Part shown: in pieces, positions 29,547 to 39,142 of the stretch
Layout of the letters: each line of letters starts with the position of its first letter
How positions within the stretch are numbered: the first letter of the stretch is position 1
Origin: an uncultured Gemmatimonadaceae bacterium
GTDB lineage: Bacteria; Gemmatimonadota; Gemmatimonadetes; Gemmatimonadales; Gemmatimonadaceae
Assembly (NCBI GenBank): GCA_963790305.1
Contig: CAWBOC010000009.1
Location: 320,001-384,000 of the forward strand
DNA length: 64,000 bases
Direction: 5' to 3'
Translations under genes and position numbers: made by a program
Notes under the pieces: generated by a model
Databases searched by the model: none
The model's input: the letters and a program-made list of their open reading frames with translations, nothing else
Told to the model about the DNA's origin: nothing

Positions 29547-31322
29547 ATGGGCCGGGTGCTCCGCTGGTACTACTCGCTCAAATACGGCGCCTTTCGACGT
29601 GAGAGACGACCTCGCGATGAACGGCGCGGGCTCGTCGCGCTCCAGATCGATGCGCTCGCCTACTCCGACCTGCGCCGCGCCCTCGACCTTGGCTACTGCC
29701 CGACAATCGCGCGGCTCCTGGATGACGAAGGCTTTCACTTGCGCCGATGGTTCTCCGGCCTTCCCTCGGCGACGCCGTACTGCCAGGCGGGAATCTTCCA
29801 CGGCGAGAATGACCTCATCCCCGCCTTTCGCTTTTACGACCGCAAGGCGCGCCGCATCATCACATGCAACGCCCTCGACGGCGTGCAATATATCCGCGAT
29901 CGCATCCATTCGCCCGGGGCGCTTGCGGGTGGGTCGAGCTACGTGAACCTGCTCGATGGCGACGCGGAGACGGTCGCGTTCACGATCGCCACGCGGGAGC
30001 GATCGTCGATCTTCCGCCGCCTCGGCGGCCTCCGCATGGCACTGCTGATCCTCGTGCACCCGATTCGCGTCGCACGCATGGGTCTCCAGTCGGTGGCCGA
30101 GTGGCTGCGCGAGGAGTTCGAGCGGCTGCGACACGAGCTGGCCGGCAAGGCGACGCATGCCGAGGGCATTTTTCCGTTCCTTCGCGTCTTCACCAACGTC
30201 GTCGTCCGCGAGCTGCAGACGATGGCGATCATGCTCGACATCTACCTCGGCGTGCCGGTCATCTATAGCACCTTCATGCAATACGACGAGCTCGGTCACC
30301 ACTTCGGCCCGTCGAGCCGCGTGTCGCTCGCCGATCTGCGACGGACCGATGCCCGCATCAAGGAGATCTATCGCATGATCGGCGCGGTCAGCTCGCGGCC
30401 GTACGACCTCGTGATCCTGTCCGACCACGGCATGACACCCGCCTCGAGCTATCGCGTGCGTTTTGGCGAGTCCCTCGGCACCACTGTGCAGCGGATGCTC
30501 GAGGAAGAGGCGAAGGAGGTTGGCATCACCCCGCTGTCCAATCTCATGACTGTCGCGCCGCCTGACGAGTACGTGGACATCGGCGCCCAGATCGTCGATG
30601 AGGTTGCCGCGGCGGCTGACGAGAAGCACGTGCGCACCGGTCGCGTCCTTCGAGGATTCCGTGACTGGTTGCGCAGCCGCTACGGTGTGCGAGAGCTGCT
30701 ATGGCCTCAGAAATACTGGGTGAGCCAACGCCACGAGGTCGTCGTGACCTTCAGCTCATCACTCGCGCACGTCTACTTCGCGGATTCCGAAACACCGCTT
30801 ACCCTCCCTGATATCGCCCGCGATCGGGGACGGGCGCATCTCTACGCATCCTTGCTCGCGCATCCCGGCATTGGCGTCCTGTTTGCGCGCCTGAAGGAGG
30901 GCGTGCACGTCCAGACGCCCAGCGGCCGGGCGATCATCGTGGGGGAGCAGCTCGAGGTGCTCGAAGGCAGCAATCCCATGGATCGGTACGGGATGGAGCC
31001 GTGCGTCCTTCGCGCGGTGGCGTCACTCGTCAGGCAGGGCAACGCCGGTGACATCGTGATCTTCGGCGCGTACGATGGCTACGACATCATCTCGTTCGAC
31101 GACCAGGTCGGCGCACACGGCTCCGCCGGCGGCGACCAGGTGTGGCCCTTCCTCGTGACGCCGGCAAGCGTCGACGTCTCCGCTGAGCGCATCGAGGACG
31201 CGAGGGACATCCATCGCGTCATCATGCTGAAATGGGCGAAACCAGAAAGCGGAATGCGGAATGCGGATCGTGACGGTAGCGAGAAGGCACTGGTGGCGAC
31301 GGAAGCAGCTCCGAATCGCTGA
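29547..31322 (+). CDS. Alkaline phosphatase / nucleotide pyrophosphatase superfamily protein
   Basis: LQIDAL, PSATPYCQAGIFHG, YDELGHHFGP, VILSDHGMT, GAHGSAGG. Confidence 0.8.
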   Translation: MGRVLRWYYSLKYGAFRRERRPRDERRGLVALQIDALAYSDLRRALDLGYCPTIARLLDDEGFHLRRWFSGLPSATPYCQAGIFHGENDLIPAFRFYDRKARRIITCNALDGVQYIRDRIHSPGALAGGSSYVNLLDGDAETVAFTIATRERSSIFRRLGGLRMALLILVHPIRVARMGLQSVAEWLREEFERLRHELAGKATHAEGIFPFLRVFTNVVVRELQTMAIMLDIYLGVPVIYSTFMQYDELGHHFGPSSRVSLADLRRTDARIKEIYRMIGAVSSRPYDLVILSDHGMTPASSYRVRFGESLGTTVQRMLEEEAKEVGITPLSNLMTVAPPDEYVDIGAQIVDEVAAAADEKHVRTGRVLRGFRDWLRSRYGVRELLWPQKYWVSQRHEVVVTFSSSLAHVYFADSETPLTLPDIARDRGRAHLYASLLAHPGIGVLFARLKEGVHVQTPSGRAIIVGEQLEVLEGSNPMDRYGMEPCVLRAVASLVRQGNAGDIVIFGAYDGYDIISFDDQVGAHGSAGGDQVWPFLVTPASVDVSAERIEDARDIHRVIMLKWAKPESGMRNADRDGSEKALVATEAAPNR

Positions 31323-31343
31323 ATTCCGCATTCCGCATTCCGT
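31245..31343. repeat. Inverted tandem heptamer arrays (GAATGCG)n / (ATTCCGC)n
   Basis: GAAAGCG GAATGCG GAATGCG ... ATTCCGC ATTCCGC ATTCCGT at a convergent junction. Confidence 0.8.
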
Positions 31344-31345
31344 CT

Positions 31346-31783
31346 TTACCTCGCCCTGCAGACCCCGCAAATCCCCTCGATCACGAGCTTGTGCCGAGTC
31401 CGCGCAAAGTCGTGCTGCTCCGCGATCAGCATCGTCATGCGGTCCAGACGCTCCTCGCGAAACTCGACCACGCGCCCGCACACGGTACAGATCACATGCT
31501 CGTGGTTCGGCTCGTCGCGTGCCGGCTCGAAACGACGGAAGCCCTCGCCGAAGTCGCGCTCGACCACCAGACCTGATCGCACCATGACGTCGAGCGTGCG
31601 ATAGATCGTCGCGGTGCCGACGGCCGCGCCGCGGGCCCACAGCTCTTGCTCGATCTCGTCGGCCGAGACGTGGCGGTCGCTGCACAACACGACTTCCGCA
31701 ATGGCTTGCCGCTGCGCGGTGACGGGCAGGTTGTGATCGCGCAGATACGCGAGAAACCCCTCTATGGCCGAGGCGCAGTCCAC
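31346..31783 (-). CDS. fur: Fur-family transcriptional regulator
   Basis: TAQRQAI, HVSADEI, ATIYRTL, HEHVICTVCG, GICGVC. Confidence 0.9.
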   Translation of the reverse strand: MDCASAIEGFLAYLRDHNLPVTAQRQAIAEVVLCSDRHVSADEIEQELWARGAAVGTATIYRTLDVMVRSGLVVERDFGEGFRRFEPARDEPNHEHVICTVCGRVVEFREERLDRMTMLIAEQHDFARTRHKLVIEGICGVCRAR

Positions 31784-32169
31784 GGCTCTACGACCAGCGC
31801 CTGCCGAAACGATTCGCCGGTGAGGCGCTCTGGCTCGTCGTCTTCGCCCGCACGGCGAAGGACCCCGCGCACGACGGCTTCCACCGCCACGAGCGGCGCA
31901 TCAGCCTCTGCCGTCACCGTGGTCTCCCAGCGGCCGCGATCAGGGCCTTTGAGAACCAGGCGATACCGCGCCGAATACACGATGTGACGCGTCATGGAAG
32001 GCGACTCAGCGCCCTCCGCCTGCGCCTCTGGCTCCACCGCGACGACGGCGACCCCCGTCTCCTGCCCACTCTGACGGATGGGCCGGAAGACGCGCACTTC
32101 CTCGACGCGCTCGGGCGCGACCTGATCCGCGATCGCGAGCAGGAACCGGCGGCGCGTATCGTCCGTCAT
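31762..32169 (-). CDS. Hypothetical protein
   Basis: Overlaps both neighbours in the operon; protein-like composition. Confidence 0.7.
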   Translation of the reverse strand: MTDDTRRRFLLAIADQVAPERVEEVRVFRPIRQSGQETGVAVVAVEPEAQAEGAESPSMTRHIVYSARYRLVLKGPDRGRWETTVTAEADAPLVAVEAVVRGVLRRAGEDDEPERLTGESFRQALVVEPWTAPRP

Positions 32170-33290
32170 CGAGACGCCGCGGCGGGCGCTTCCGTCTTGA
32201 TGACGGCCCGCGCCGCGATCTCTCTCTCGACGTACAGTCTGAGAATGTGCATGAAATCCTGCGCATTGGTGACGACGCCGAACGCCTGGTGCGTCCCGCG
32301 ATCCTTGAGCTTGCTCACGACGAACTCCGAGGAATCGACGCAGATCGTCGGCAGCTCGCGCAACGAGCCGTCCTGCTCCGTCACGAAGGCGGGAAGCATG
32401 TTGCCGGTGGCGATCGCGTGCAGGGCGGTTGCGATCAGAATGGCCATCGTGGCGCGGATCGCGTGCGCGCGCATGGCGTCCTGCGCATCGAGGTTGTCCG
32501 TGATCACACCGGGCAAGGGACCGTCATCGCGTATCGAACCGGTGAGCACGAACGGAACGCTGTGAACCACGCACGCGTGCATGATCCCATCGGTAATGAT
32601 CCCCTGCTTGACCGCTTCGGCAATCGAGCCCGCCGCGCGCACCTTGTTGATCGCACGCATGTGCAGGCCGTGCCCGCCTATCGTGGCCTCTCCGCTCCCC
32701 GTCATCCCGAGCGTGGTTCCGAAGATCGACGCCTCAATGTCGTGGACCGCGACCGCATTCCCCGCGAGCAGCGCTCCGACGAAGCCGTTGGCGATGAACC
32801 AGACCATGTCGGTGCGCGCGCGGGAGTGCACCAGCGCGGGGCCAGTGACCCATACCGGATATCCACCGCGATCACGCTCCTCGACGAGAATCCTCGCCAT
32901 GAGCCCGTAATCGATCGGCTTCTCGCGCGACACCTCGCTGGTCATGAACTTGAACTCGCCACCGACGGCGTCGCCGAGGAAGGCGCCCACGTGCACGTAA
33001 ATGCCTTCGCTCCCGTCTTCCTTCACGCCCACGGCCACGACCTCGCCCTTCTTCACGCGCCTTCCCTCGCGCACCCACACCTCGCCGGCCTTGTCGCGAA
33101 CGAGCGCTGCGTCCATCCGCGGTTCGCGCGGCATCCGCCATTTCCCATCGACCCGCACGTACGTCGGGAGATTCGTCGTCGAGAAAAACCCCTCGGGCAG
33201 CACGCCGTCGGCGGGCGCGGGCACGAAGCGGGCATCGGACGCCTGCGCAAACCGCGCGGCGGTGAAATCAGGATGCGAGAACGATGGCAC
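32166..33290 (-). CDS. TIGR00300 / LOR-SDH family protein (ornithine-cyclodeaminase-like, related to the AgrE/ArgZ C-terminus)
   Basis: DGVLPEGFFSTTNLPT, FKFMTSEVSREKP, GPALVH, AGNAVAVHDIE, LTGSIRDDGPLP, LHAIATGNMLP, KLKDRGT. Confidence 0.8.
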   Translation of the reverse strand: MPSFSHPDFTAARFAQASDARFVPAPADGVLPEGFFSTTNLPTYVRVDGKWRMPREPRMDAALVRDKAGEVWVREGRRVKKGEVVAVGVKEDGSEGIYVHVGAFLGDAVGGEFKFMTSEVSREKPIDYGLMARILVEERDRGGYPVWVTGPALVHSRARTDMVWFIANGFVGALLAGNAVAVHDIEASIFGTTLGMTGSGEATIGGHGLHMRAINKVRAAGSIAEAVKQGIITDGIMHACVVHSVPFVLTGSIRDDGPLPGVITDNLDAQDAMRAHAIRATMAILIATALHAIATGNMLPAFVTEQDGSLRELPTICVDSSEFVVSKLKDRGTHQAFGVVTNAQDFMHILRLYVEREIAARAVIKTEAPAAASR

Positions 33291-33374
33291 AGAAAGGCGG
33301 TGACAGATGGCGATTCGAACGGCAGGCCGCAGCGGCAATGAAAGATGGCCTGACGCCGCGCGCGGATTCAACCA

Positions 33375-34136
33375 TCACTCGTACAGATCTTTCGGGTCCA
33401 CGCTCGCCAGCTCGACGAGGAAGCTCGCAACGCGCGCCACGACCGCCTCCGTATATCGGGCCCCCTTCTCCGCGGTCGCCCGCGAGGGATCACCGATGCC
33501 CGTGTCCGCGGTCACCTTCGTCCAGGCGCGGGGCGCCCACGCCCACCCCTCGCGCATTCCCGCAGGGCGCGCGCGCTTGGCGGCTCCCGGGCCCGCTTCG
33601 CCCAGCGGACGAACGAGCTCGGGAGCGACGTGCATCATCACGCTCGTCTCGAGCTCGCCGGCGTGGTCCCCGGATTTCTCGAAGAACCCTGCCGGATCGA
33701 CGATCTTCCACCACTCAATGGCGGAGAGGAACACCGGAGTCCGTGGCGCGAGCTCGCGGATCATCTGCCGGAAATCGTTGCCGCCGTGCCCGTTCAATAG
33801 CACCAGCTTGGGGATTCCCTGGCCGGCGAGCGCGTCGACGACGTCACGCAGAACCGCCATCTGCGTCGACGGATTCATGTTGATGGTGAGCGGAATGTCG
33901 AGCTGACCGGTGTTCACCCCAAAGGGAACGGTGGGCAGCACGATCACTTTCGTCCCGCGTTCCCACGCAATGCGAGCCGCTTCGGCCGCGAGCCGATCGC
34001 ATTGCACGTTGTCCGTCCCGTACGGCAGATGATAGTTGTGCGCCTCGGTCGCGCCCCACGGGAGGATCGCGATCTCGTATCGCGTCGAGGACACCGTGCG
34101 GTACGTCGACTCGGAAAGAATGTAGGGGCGGGACAT
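33375..34136 (-). CDS. Creatininase-family amidohydrolase
   Basis: LPWGATEAHNYHLPYGTD, NGHGGN, DHAGELETS, GDPSRATAEKG. Confidence 0.92.
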   Translation of the reverse strand: MSRPYILSESTYRTVSSTRYEIAILPWGATEAHNYHLPYGTDNVQCDRLAAEAARIAWERGTKVIVLPTVPFGVNTGQLDIPLTINMNPSTQMAVLRDVVDALAGQGIPKLVLLNGHGGNDFRQMIRELAPRTPVFLSAIEWWKIVDPAGFFEKSGDHAGELETSVMMHVAPELVRPLGEAGPGAAKRARPAGMREGWAWAPRAWTKVTADTGIGDPSRATAEKGARYTEAVVARVASFLVELASVDPKDLYE

Positions 34137-34144
34137 GAGGAGAC

Positions 34145-34246
34145 CGGATTGCGGATCCGAGTGCGGAAATCGGAATGCGGAATGGGACGAAACCTACGCC
34201 AAAAAGCCCTCCTGCGCCCGTTCCGCATTCCGCTTTCCGCATTCGG
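34145..34246. repeat. Inverted tandem heptamer arrays (CGGAATG)n / (TTCCGCA)n
   Basis: Same unit as at 31245-31343; lies between priA and the creatininase gene. Confidence 0.8.
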
Positions 34247-34251
34247 AGGAG

Positions 34252-36501
34252 CTAGAGCAGCGAGACCGGATCCCGGTCAATCACCACCCTCATGTCGTAT
34301 GCGTTCGGGATCTCGAAGCGCTCGAGAAAGTAACGCAGGACCCGGGTGAGTGAGCCGGGGTGGTCCGACTTCAGCAGGAAGTGCCAGCGCCAACGGCGCT
34401 TGATCCGATCGATGGCACAGGGCGCGGCGCCAACCACCGTCACCGGGAGGTCGGGCGCACTCACGATCAGCTGCCTTAGCCAGTCTGCGCCCGCGATCGC
34501 GACGTTCGCCGCCGGCTCCTCCGCCAGCCCGCTGACGATGACGTTCACCAGCCGCGTGTGCGGCGGGTATGGTGGATTGCGCCGCGCAGGGAGCTCCTCG
34601 GCCACGAATGAGCCATAGTCATGGGTGATGGCGCATCGGACGGCGTGGTGCGTTGGAATCCGTGTTTGAATGATCACCGATCCGCCCTTCGGTCCGCGTC
34701 CCGCGCGACCGGCGACCTGACTGAGCAGCTGGAAGCTTCGCTCAGAGGCGCGGAAGTCGGGCAGGTTGATTCCGACGTCCGCATCGACCACCCCGACCAG
34801 CGTGACGTTCGGGAAGTCGAGCCCCTTCGCGATCATCTGCGTGCCGAGCAGGATGTCGACCTCTCCGCGTCCGACGCGGTCGAGGATTTCCGCGTGAGCC
34901 CACTTTCCGCTCGTGGTGTCCACGTCCATGCGGGCGATCCGCGCCGCGGGCCAGCGCTCGCCGAGCAGCCGCTCGACCTGTTGTGTGCCCAGGCCGCGCT
35001 GACGGACGGTGCTTCCGCCGCATCGCACACATTGCGTCACCAGCGGCGCCTGGTACAGGCAGTAGTGACAGATCAGCCGCTCGGGCGCGCGATGGTAGGT
35101 GAGCGTGATGCTGCAGTTGGGGCACGAGACCACATATCCGCAGTCCGCGCATTGGACGAAGGAGGCATATCCCCGACGGTTCAACAGCAGAATGCTCTGC
35201 TCTTCTCGCTCGAGGCACTGCTGCAGCGCGCGCTCCAGACTCTCACTCACCACGCTGGAGAATTCGGTAGCCGCCTCCGGTTTCTTCCGGCGGAGGTCGA
35301 CCACGCTGACGTTAGGCATCCGACCCGCGCCAACGCGCTCGGGGAGCGTCAGCAGCCGATATTTTCCACCGTCCGCGTTGTGCCAGCTCTCGAGGCTCGG
35401 CGTCGCGCTCCCCAGGACCACGATCGCGCCCTCGTCGCGCGCACGGACCACCGAGACTTCTCGCGCGTGATATCTGGGGGTTTCGCCATTCTTGTAGCTC
35501 CCCTCGTGCTCCTCGTCGACGATCACCGCGCCGAGGTTATCGAGCGGGGCGAAGATCGCGGAGCGCGCCCCCACGGCAATCCGCTTCTCGCCCCGTTTGA
35601 GCGCGAGCCACGCGTCATAGCGTTCTCCATCGCTCAGCGCGGAGTGAAGCACCGCAATGCGATCGCCGAACACCGCGCGGAAGCGGTCGACGGTCTGCGG
35701 CGTCAGCGCGATCTCGGGCACCAGCACGATCGCCGTCTGGTTTCGGCGATCCACGATCTCGCGAAGCAGCTCAATGTAGACCAGCGTTTTGCCACTTCCG
35801 GTGACGCCGTGAAGAAGAAAGACCTCGCCCGCCTTTGCAGACACCAATGCGTCGATGGCGGCACGCTGCGGAGGGGAGGGCACGTGTCGCTCGGGCGCGA
35901 GCGGGCGCCGGAGCGCGAAGGGGTCGCGCTGCACGACCGATTCCTGCAGGGCGAGCAACTCCTTCTCGACGAGCGAATCGAGCACGCTGCGCGAAACACC
36001 CAGATGCTCCATGAGGTGCGTGGCCGGACTGCGGCCGCCCAGTGACTCGAGGAGCTCGTACAGCGCTCGCTGCTTGAGGGCGCGACCAAAGGTCTTGTCG
36101 CGCAGCTCGAGCGACGGGAGCCGGCGCGTCAGCACCGCAATGCGCTCCGTTCGCTGTTCAGGCGTCGGCCGCGCCGCACCCGCCAGCGCCAATGGCATCG
36201 CCGAGCGCAGCACGAGGCCGAGCGGAACGACGTAGTACTCCGCGATCCATCGGCAGAGCGAGAGCATGCGTTCGGCGAAGACGGGCTCCGCGTCCGGGAC
36301 CTCGAGAATGGGACGTGGACCCTTTACTGCCGTCTCATCAGAGGTGCCGAGGCAAATGCCGACGGCGCGACGCTTTCGCACCGGGACAATGACGCGCGTA
36401 CCGGGGACCAGTGGATGGGCCGGCTCGCGATCGACCGAATACGTGAATGTCTGAAAGACGGGGAGCGGGAGCGCGACCTCGACGAAGCGAGGTGCGGTCA
36501 T
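34252..36501 (-). CDS. priA: Primosomal protein N' (replication restart helicase)
   Basis: GVTGSGKT, VPEIALTPQ, GARSAIFAP, DEEHE, SATPSLES, LNRRGY, four CxxC pairs, GTQMIAKGLDFP, QVAGRAGR. Confidence 0.97.
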   Translation of the reverse strand: MTAPRFVEVALPLPVFQTFTYSVDREPAHPLVPGTRVIVPVRKRRAVGICLGTSDETAVKGPRPILEVPDAEPVFAERMLSLCRWIAEYYVVPLGLVLRSAMPLALAGAARPTPEQRTERIAVLTRRLPSLELRDKTFGRALKQRALYELLESLGGRSPATHLMEHLGVSRSVLDSLVEKELLALQESVVQRDPFALRRPLAPERHVPSPPQRAAIDALVSAKAGEVFLLHGVTGSGKTLVYIELLREIVDRRNQTAIVLVPEIALTPQTVDRFRAVFGDRIAVLHSALSDGERYDAWLALKRGEKRIAVGARSAIFAPLDNLGAVIVDEEHEGSYKNGETPRYHAREVSVVRARDEGAIVVLGSATPSLESWHNADGGKYRLLTLPERVGAGRMPNVSVVDLRRKKPEAATEFSSVVSESLERALQQCLEREEQSILLLNRRGYASFVQCADCGYVVSCPNCSITLTYHRAPERLICHYCLYQAPLVTQCVRCGGSTVRQRGLGTQQVERLLGERWPAARIARMDVDTTSGKWAHAEILDRVGRGEVDILLGTQMIAKGLDFPNVTLVGVVDADVGINLPDFRASERSFQLLSQVAGRAGRGPKGGSVIIQTRIPTHHAVRCAITHDYGSFVAEELPARRNPPYPPHTRLVNVIVSGLAEEPAANVAIAGADWLRQLIVSAPDLPVTVVGAAPCAIDRIKRRWRWHFLLKSDHPGSLTRVLRYFLERFEIPNAYDMRVVIDRDPVSLL

Positions 36502-37517
36502 GCTTTCGTGACGCCCAACCCTGGCGCGTCGCGGAGCGCGATGCGCCCCCCCGCGATCGAAGCGCCAATGAACGGATCGTTGGCGACAAGGGCAGCCCCG
36601 TCCAGATCCGCGTAGTCGAGCAGCGGTGCCGAATGCGCCGCCGCGGTGATACCCAGACTCGTCTCGATCATGCACCCGCACATGACCAGCATCCCATGCG
36701 AGCGCGCGGTGGCGATCATGCGGAGCGCCTCTCGCAATCCACCGCACTTGGCAAGCTTGATGTTGATCCCGTCCACCGCGCCGACGAGTCGCGGAATGTC
36801 CGCGCTGGTCACGCACGATTCATCGGCGATGATCGGCAGCGGCGCCCGCTCGCGCACGAAACGGAGCCCGTCAATGTCGTGCGCTGGAAGGGGCTGCTCG
36901 ACGAACTCTACGCCATGCTCTACCAACACTCCCATCATCCGGAGCGCGTGCTTGGGCGTCCACGCAGCGTTCGCGTCGACGCGCAGCAGCTTGTCCGGCG
37001 CGGCCTCCCGCACGGCGCGCAGAATCTCCTCATCGTGGTCCGATCCCAGCTTCACCTTGAGAATCGGATACTCGGCCGCTTCCGCAACCTTGCGCTTGAT
37101 GTCGGCGGCGTCGCCAATCCCGATCGTGAAGCTCGAGCGTGGCGCACGGGCGGGATCCAGCCCCCACATCTTCCAGAGCGGAACGTTCAGACGCTTGGCG
37201 GCGAGGTCATGCAGCGCGGTGCTGATCGCGCTCTTCGCCGCACCGTTGAAGCGAATCGCGAGATCGAGCTGCCGCTCAATGTCCTCCAGCGACCAGGGAT
37301 TGATGCCATCGATGGCGGCAGCGAGCCGTGGCAGGACCGCGACGACCGTCTCCGCCGTTTCCCCATAGTACTTGCTTGGCGACGCTTCGCCCCACCCATC
37401 GTTCCCGTCCGAATCGGTCACGCGCACCCACACGACGGGAAACTCCGTCGCACCACCGCGCGCGATGGTGAAGGGGTGCGTCGTGCGAAGGGTCAGGATC
37501 TCGTGCGACAGCTTCAT
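36498..37517 (-). CDS. Dipeptide (L-Ala-D/L-Glu) epimerase, enolase superfamily
   Basis: HPFTIARG, GWGEASP, KVKLG, RVDAN, EQP, IADES, NIKLAKCGG, GCMIET, DLDG. Confidence 0.92.
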   Translation of the reverse strand: MKLSHEILTLRTTHPFTIARGGATEFPVVWVRVTDSDGNDGWGEASPSKYYGETAETVVAVLPRLAAAIDGINPWSLEDIERQLDLAIRFNGAAKSAISTALHDLAAKRLNVPLWKMWGLDPARAPRSSFTIGIGDAADIKRKVAEAAEYPILKVKLGSDHDEEILRAVREAAPDKLLRVDANAAWTPKHALRMMGVLVEHGVEFVEQPLPAHDIDGLRFVRERAPLPIIADESCVTSADIPRLVGAVDGINIKLAKCGGLREALRMIATARSHGMLVMCGCMIETSLGITAAAHSAPLLDYADLDGAALVANDPFIGASIAGGRIALRDAPGLGVTKA

Positions 37518-38527
37518 GAGCGCACGTTCGAGGGCGTCGCGCCAGTGCGACGCGGAACCCACGCCGCGCGCTGCTCATCCGTCGCGCCGGCGGCGCCGAG
37601 GAATGCGATGAGCGCGTCGGCCAGATCATTGCCCCGCTGGTAGCGCTCCGCCGCGGTCTTCGCCAGGCAGCGCATGACGATCTGGGCCATGGCCGCTGGA
37701 ACGCGCGAGTCGACGATGTCGAGCGATGCCGGCTGCTCGTGGACGTGCTTGTATCCGATGGAGTACGAGTCGGCCCCATCGAAGGGCGGGAATCCAACCA
37801 GCATCTCGTACAGCATCACGCCCACCGCGTAGAGGTCGCTGCGACCGTCGACCATCCGGCCCATCGCCTGCTCGGGCGACATGTAGTGGGGCGTTCCCAT
37901 CGCGCGACCGGTGCCGGTGAGGCGGGCGTGAAAGCGAGCAGTCGCGATGCCGAAGTCGGTGATCAGCGCGTTGCCATCTTCATCGAACAGGATGTTGTCA
38001 GGCTTGATGTCGCAATGCACAATGCCGTGGCGATGGGCGTAGTCGAGCGCAACTGCGACCTGCGCGCACACGGCGGCGGAGCGCGGCACAGGCACAGTTC
38101 CGTCGCGAACGACCACGTCGGCCAGCGACCCGTTCGCCAGGTACGGCATCACGAGATAGACGACGTTGTCCACCTCGCCGTAGTCCATGATCGAGCAGAT
38201 GTGCGGGTGCGACAGCTGGGACGACGCCTCCGCCTCGCGCTTGAATCGCTCGCGCATCTCGGCATCGCGCGCGAGGTGGGGGAGCAGCGCCTTGATCACC
38301 AGCGGCCGCTCCAGCACGGCGTGCTGCGCGTAGTACACGTTCGCCATTCCCCCGGTGCCAAGGCGACGGTACACGCGATACCGTCCTCCGGTGGCGCGAC
38401 GGATCGTGTCGAGCTCGTCGTCGGGCTTCGCGCCGGGCGCCTCGGGAATGTCGGGAAGATCCGCCTGGCACCGCGTGCACTTCGCGATCGAGGCCCGATT
38501 CCACGTGCCGCACTCGGGACAGAACAT
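37514..38527 (-). CDS. Hanks-type Ser/Thr protein kinase with N-terminal zinc ribbon
   Basis: CPEC...CTRC; LGTGGMANVY; HCDIKPDN; DFG; GTPHYMSPEQ; SDLYAVG; no TM segment. Confidence 0.93.
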   Translation of the reverse strand: MFCPECGTWNRASIAKCTRCQADLPDIPEAPGAKPDDELDTIRRATGGRYRVYRRLGTGGMANVYYAQHAVLERPLVIKALLPHLARDAEMRERFKREAEASSQLSHPHICSIMDYGEVDNVVYLVMPYLANGSLADVVVRDGTVPVPRSAAVCAQVAVALDYAHRHGIVHCDIKPDNILFDEDGNALITDFGIATARFHARLTGTGRAMGTPHYMSPEQAMGRMVDGRSDLYAVGVMLYEMLVGFPPFDGADSYSIGYKHVHEQPASLDIVDSRVPAAMAQIVMRCLAKTAAERYQRGNDLADALIAFLGAAGATDEQRAAWVPRRTGATPSNVRS

Positions 38528-39142
38528 CTACGCTCCGAAGTCCATCCGCACGAAATCGTACGGAGGCCAGGGCCCGGTGATCTGAAAGCGAAGTCCGGCG
38601 GCGCGACGCGCCTGCTCCTTCACCCGATCCTCGAAATCGGCGTACTCCGCCCGGTCCACGAGATAGGCTCCGCTCAGGAGCCGCCCTTCCTCGGGGCGGA
38701 TGGGCAGCGCCGCCACGGCGAACTTTCGCAGCGCGCGAAAGCAATCGGTGGCGAGGGCCATGTGGTCGTGATCGCTGGCGTCGACATCGTCGCCGGGAAG
38801 ATCCGAGACGTGGACACGCCCCTCGCACCGTCCGTCGACGAAGTGAATGCCCTCGACCAGTGAGACGTAGTTGAGCTCCAGCCAGCGGCGGACATGATCC
38901 TCGGACTTGAAGACCGTTCCGCAGGGGGCCGGCAGAATCGTCTGCGCACGAAAGACCGCCTCCACGACTCGCTGGCAGTCGAGCATCTCGTTGTCGTCGA
39001 GCGGCGGAATCGTGTACGACGACGGGCGCACGATGGCGCCGATGTCGCGAAGCGCCACCACCGAGGTGCTATCGACGAGCGGGCGATCGTCCGCATGAGC
39101 GAGCGTCGCGACGCCGTACAGCCGAAGACCATTTACAGCCAT
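38528..39142 (-). CDS. GvpL/GvpF-family protein (orphan)
   Basis: LRLYGVA, TILPAPCGTVF, GAYLVDR, ITGPWPPYDFV; motifs parallel the GvpL/F copies at 61782-63503. Confidence 0.8.
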   Translation of the reverse strand: MAVNGLRLYGVATLAHADDRPLVDSTSVVALRDIGAIVRPSSYTIPPLDDNEMLDCQRVVEAVFRAQTILPAPCGTVFKSEDHVRRWLELNYVSLVEGIHFVDGRCEGRVHVSDLPGDDVDASDHDHMALATDCFRALRKFAVAALPIRPEEGRLLSGAYLVDRAEYADFEDRVKEQARRAAGLRFQITGPWPPYDFVRMDFGA

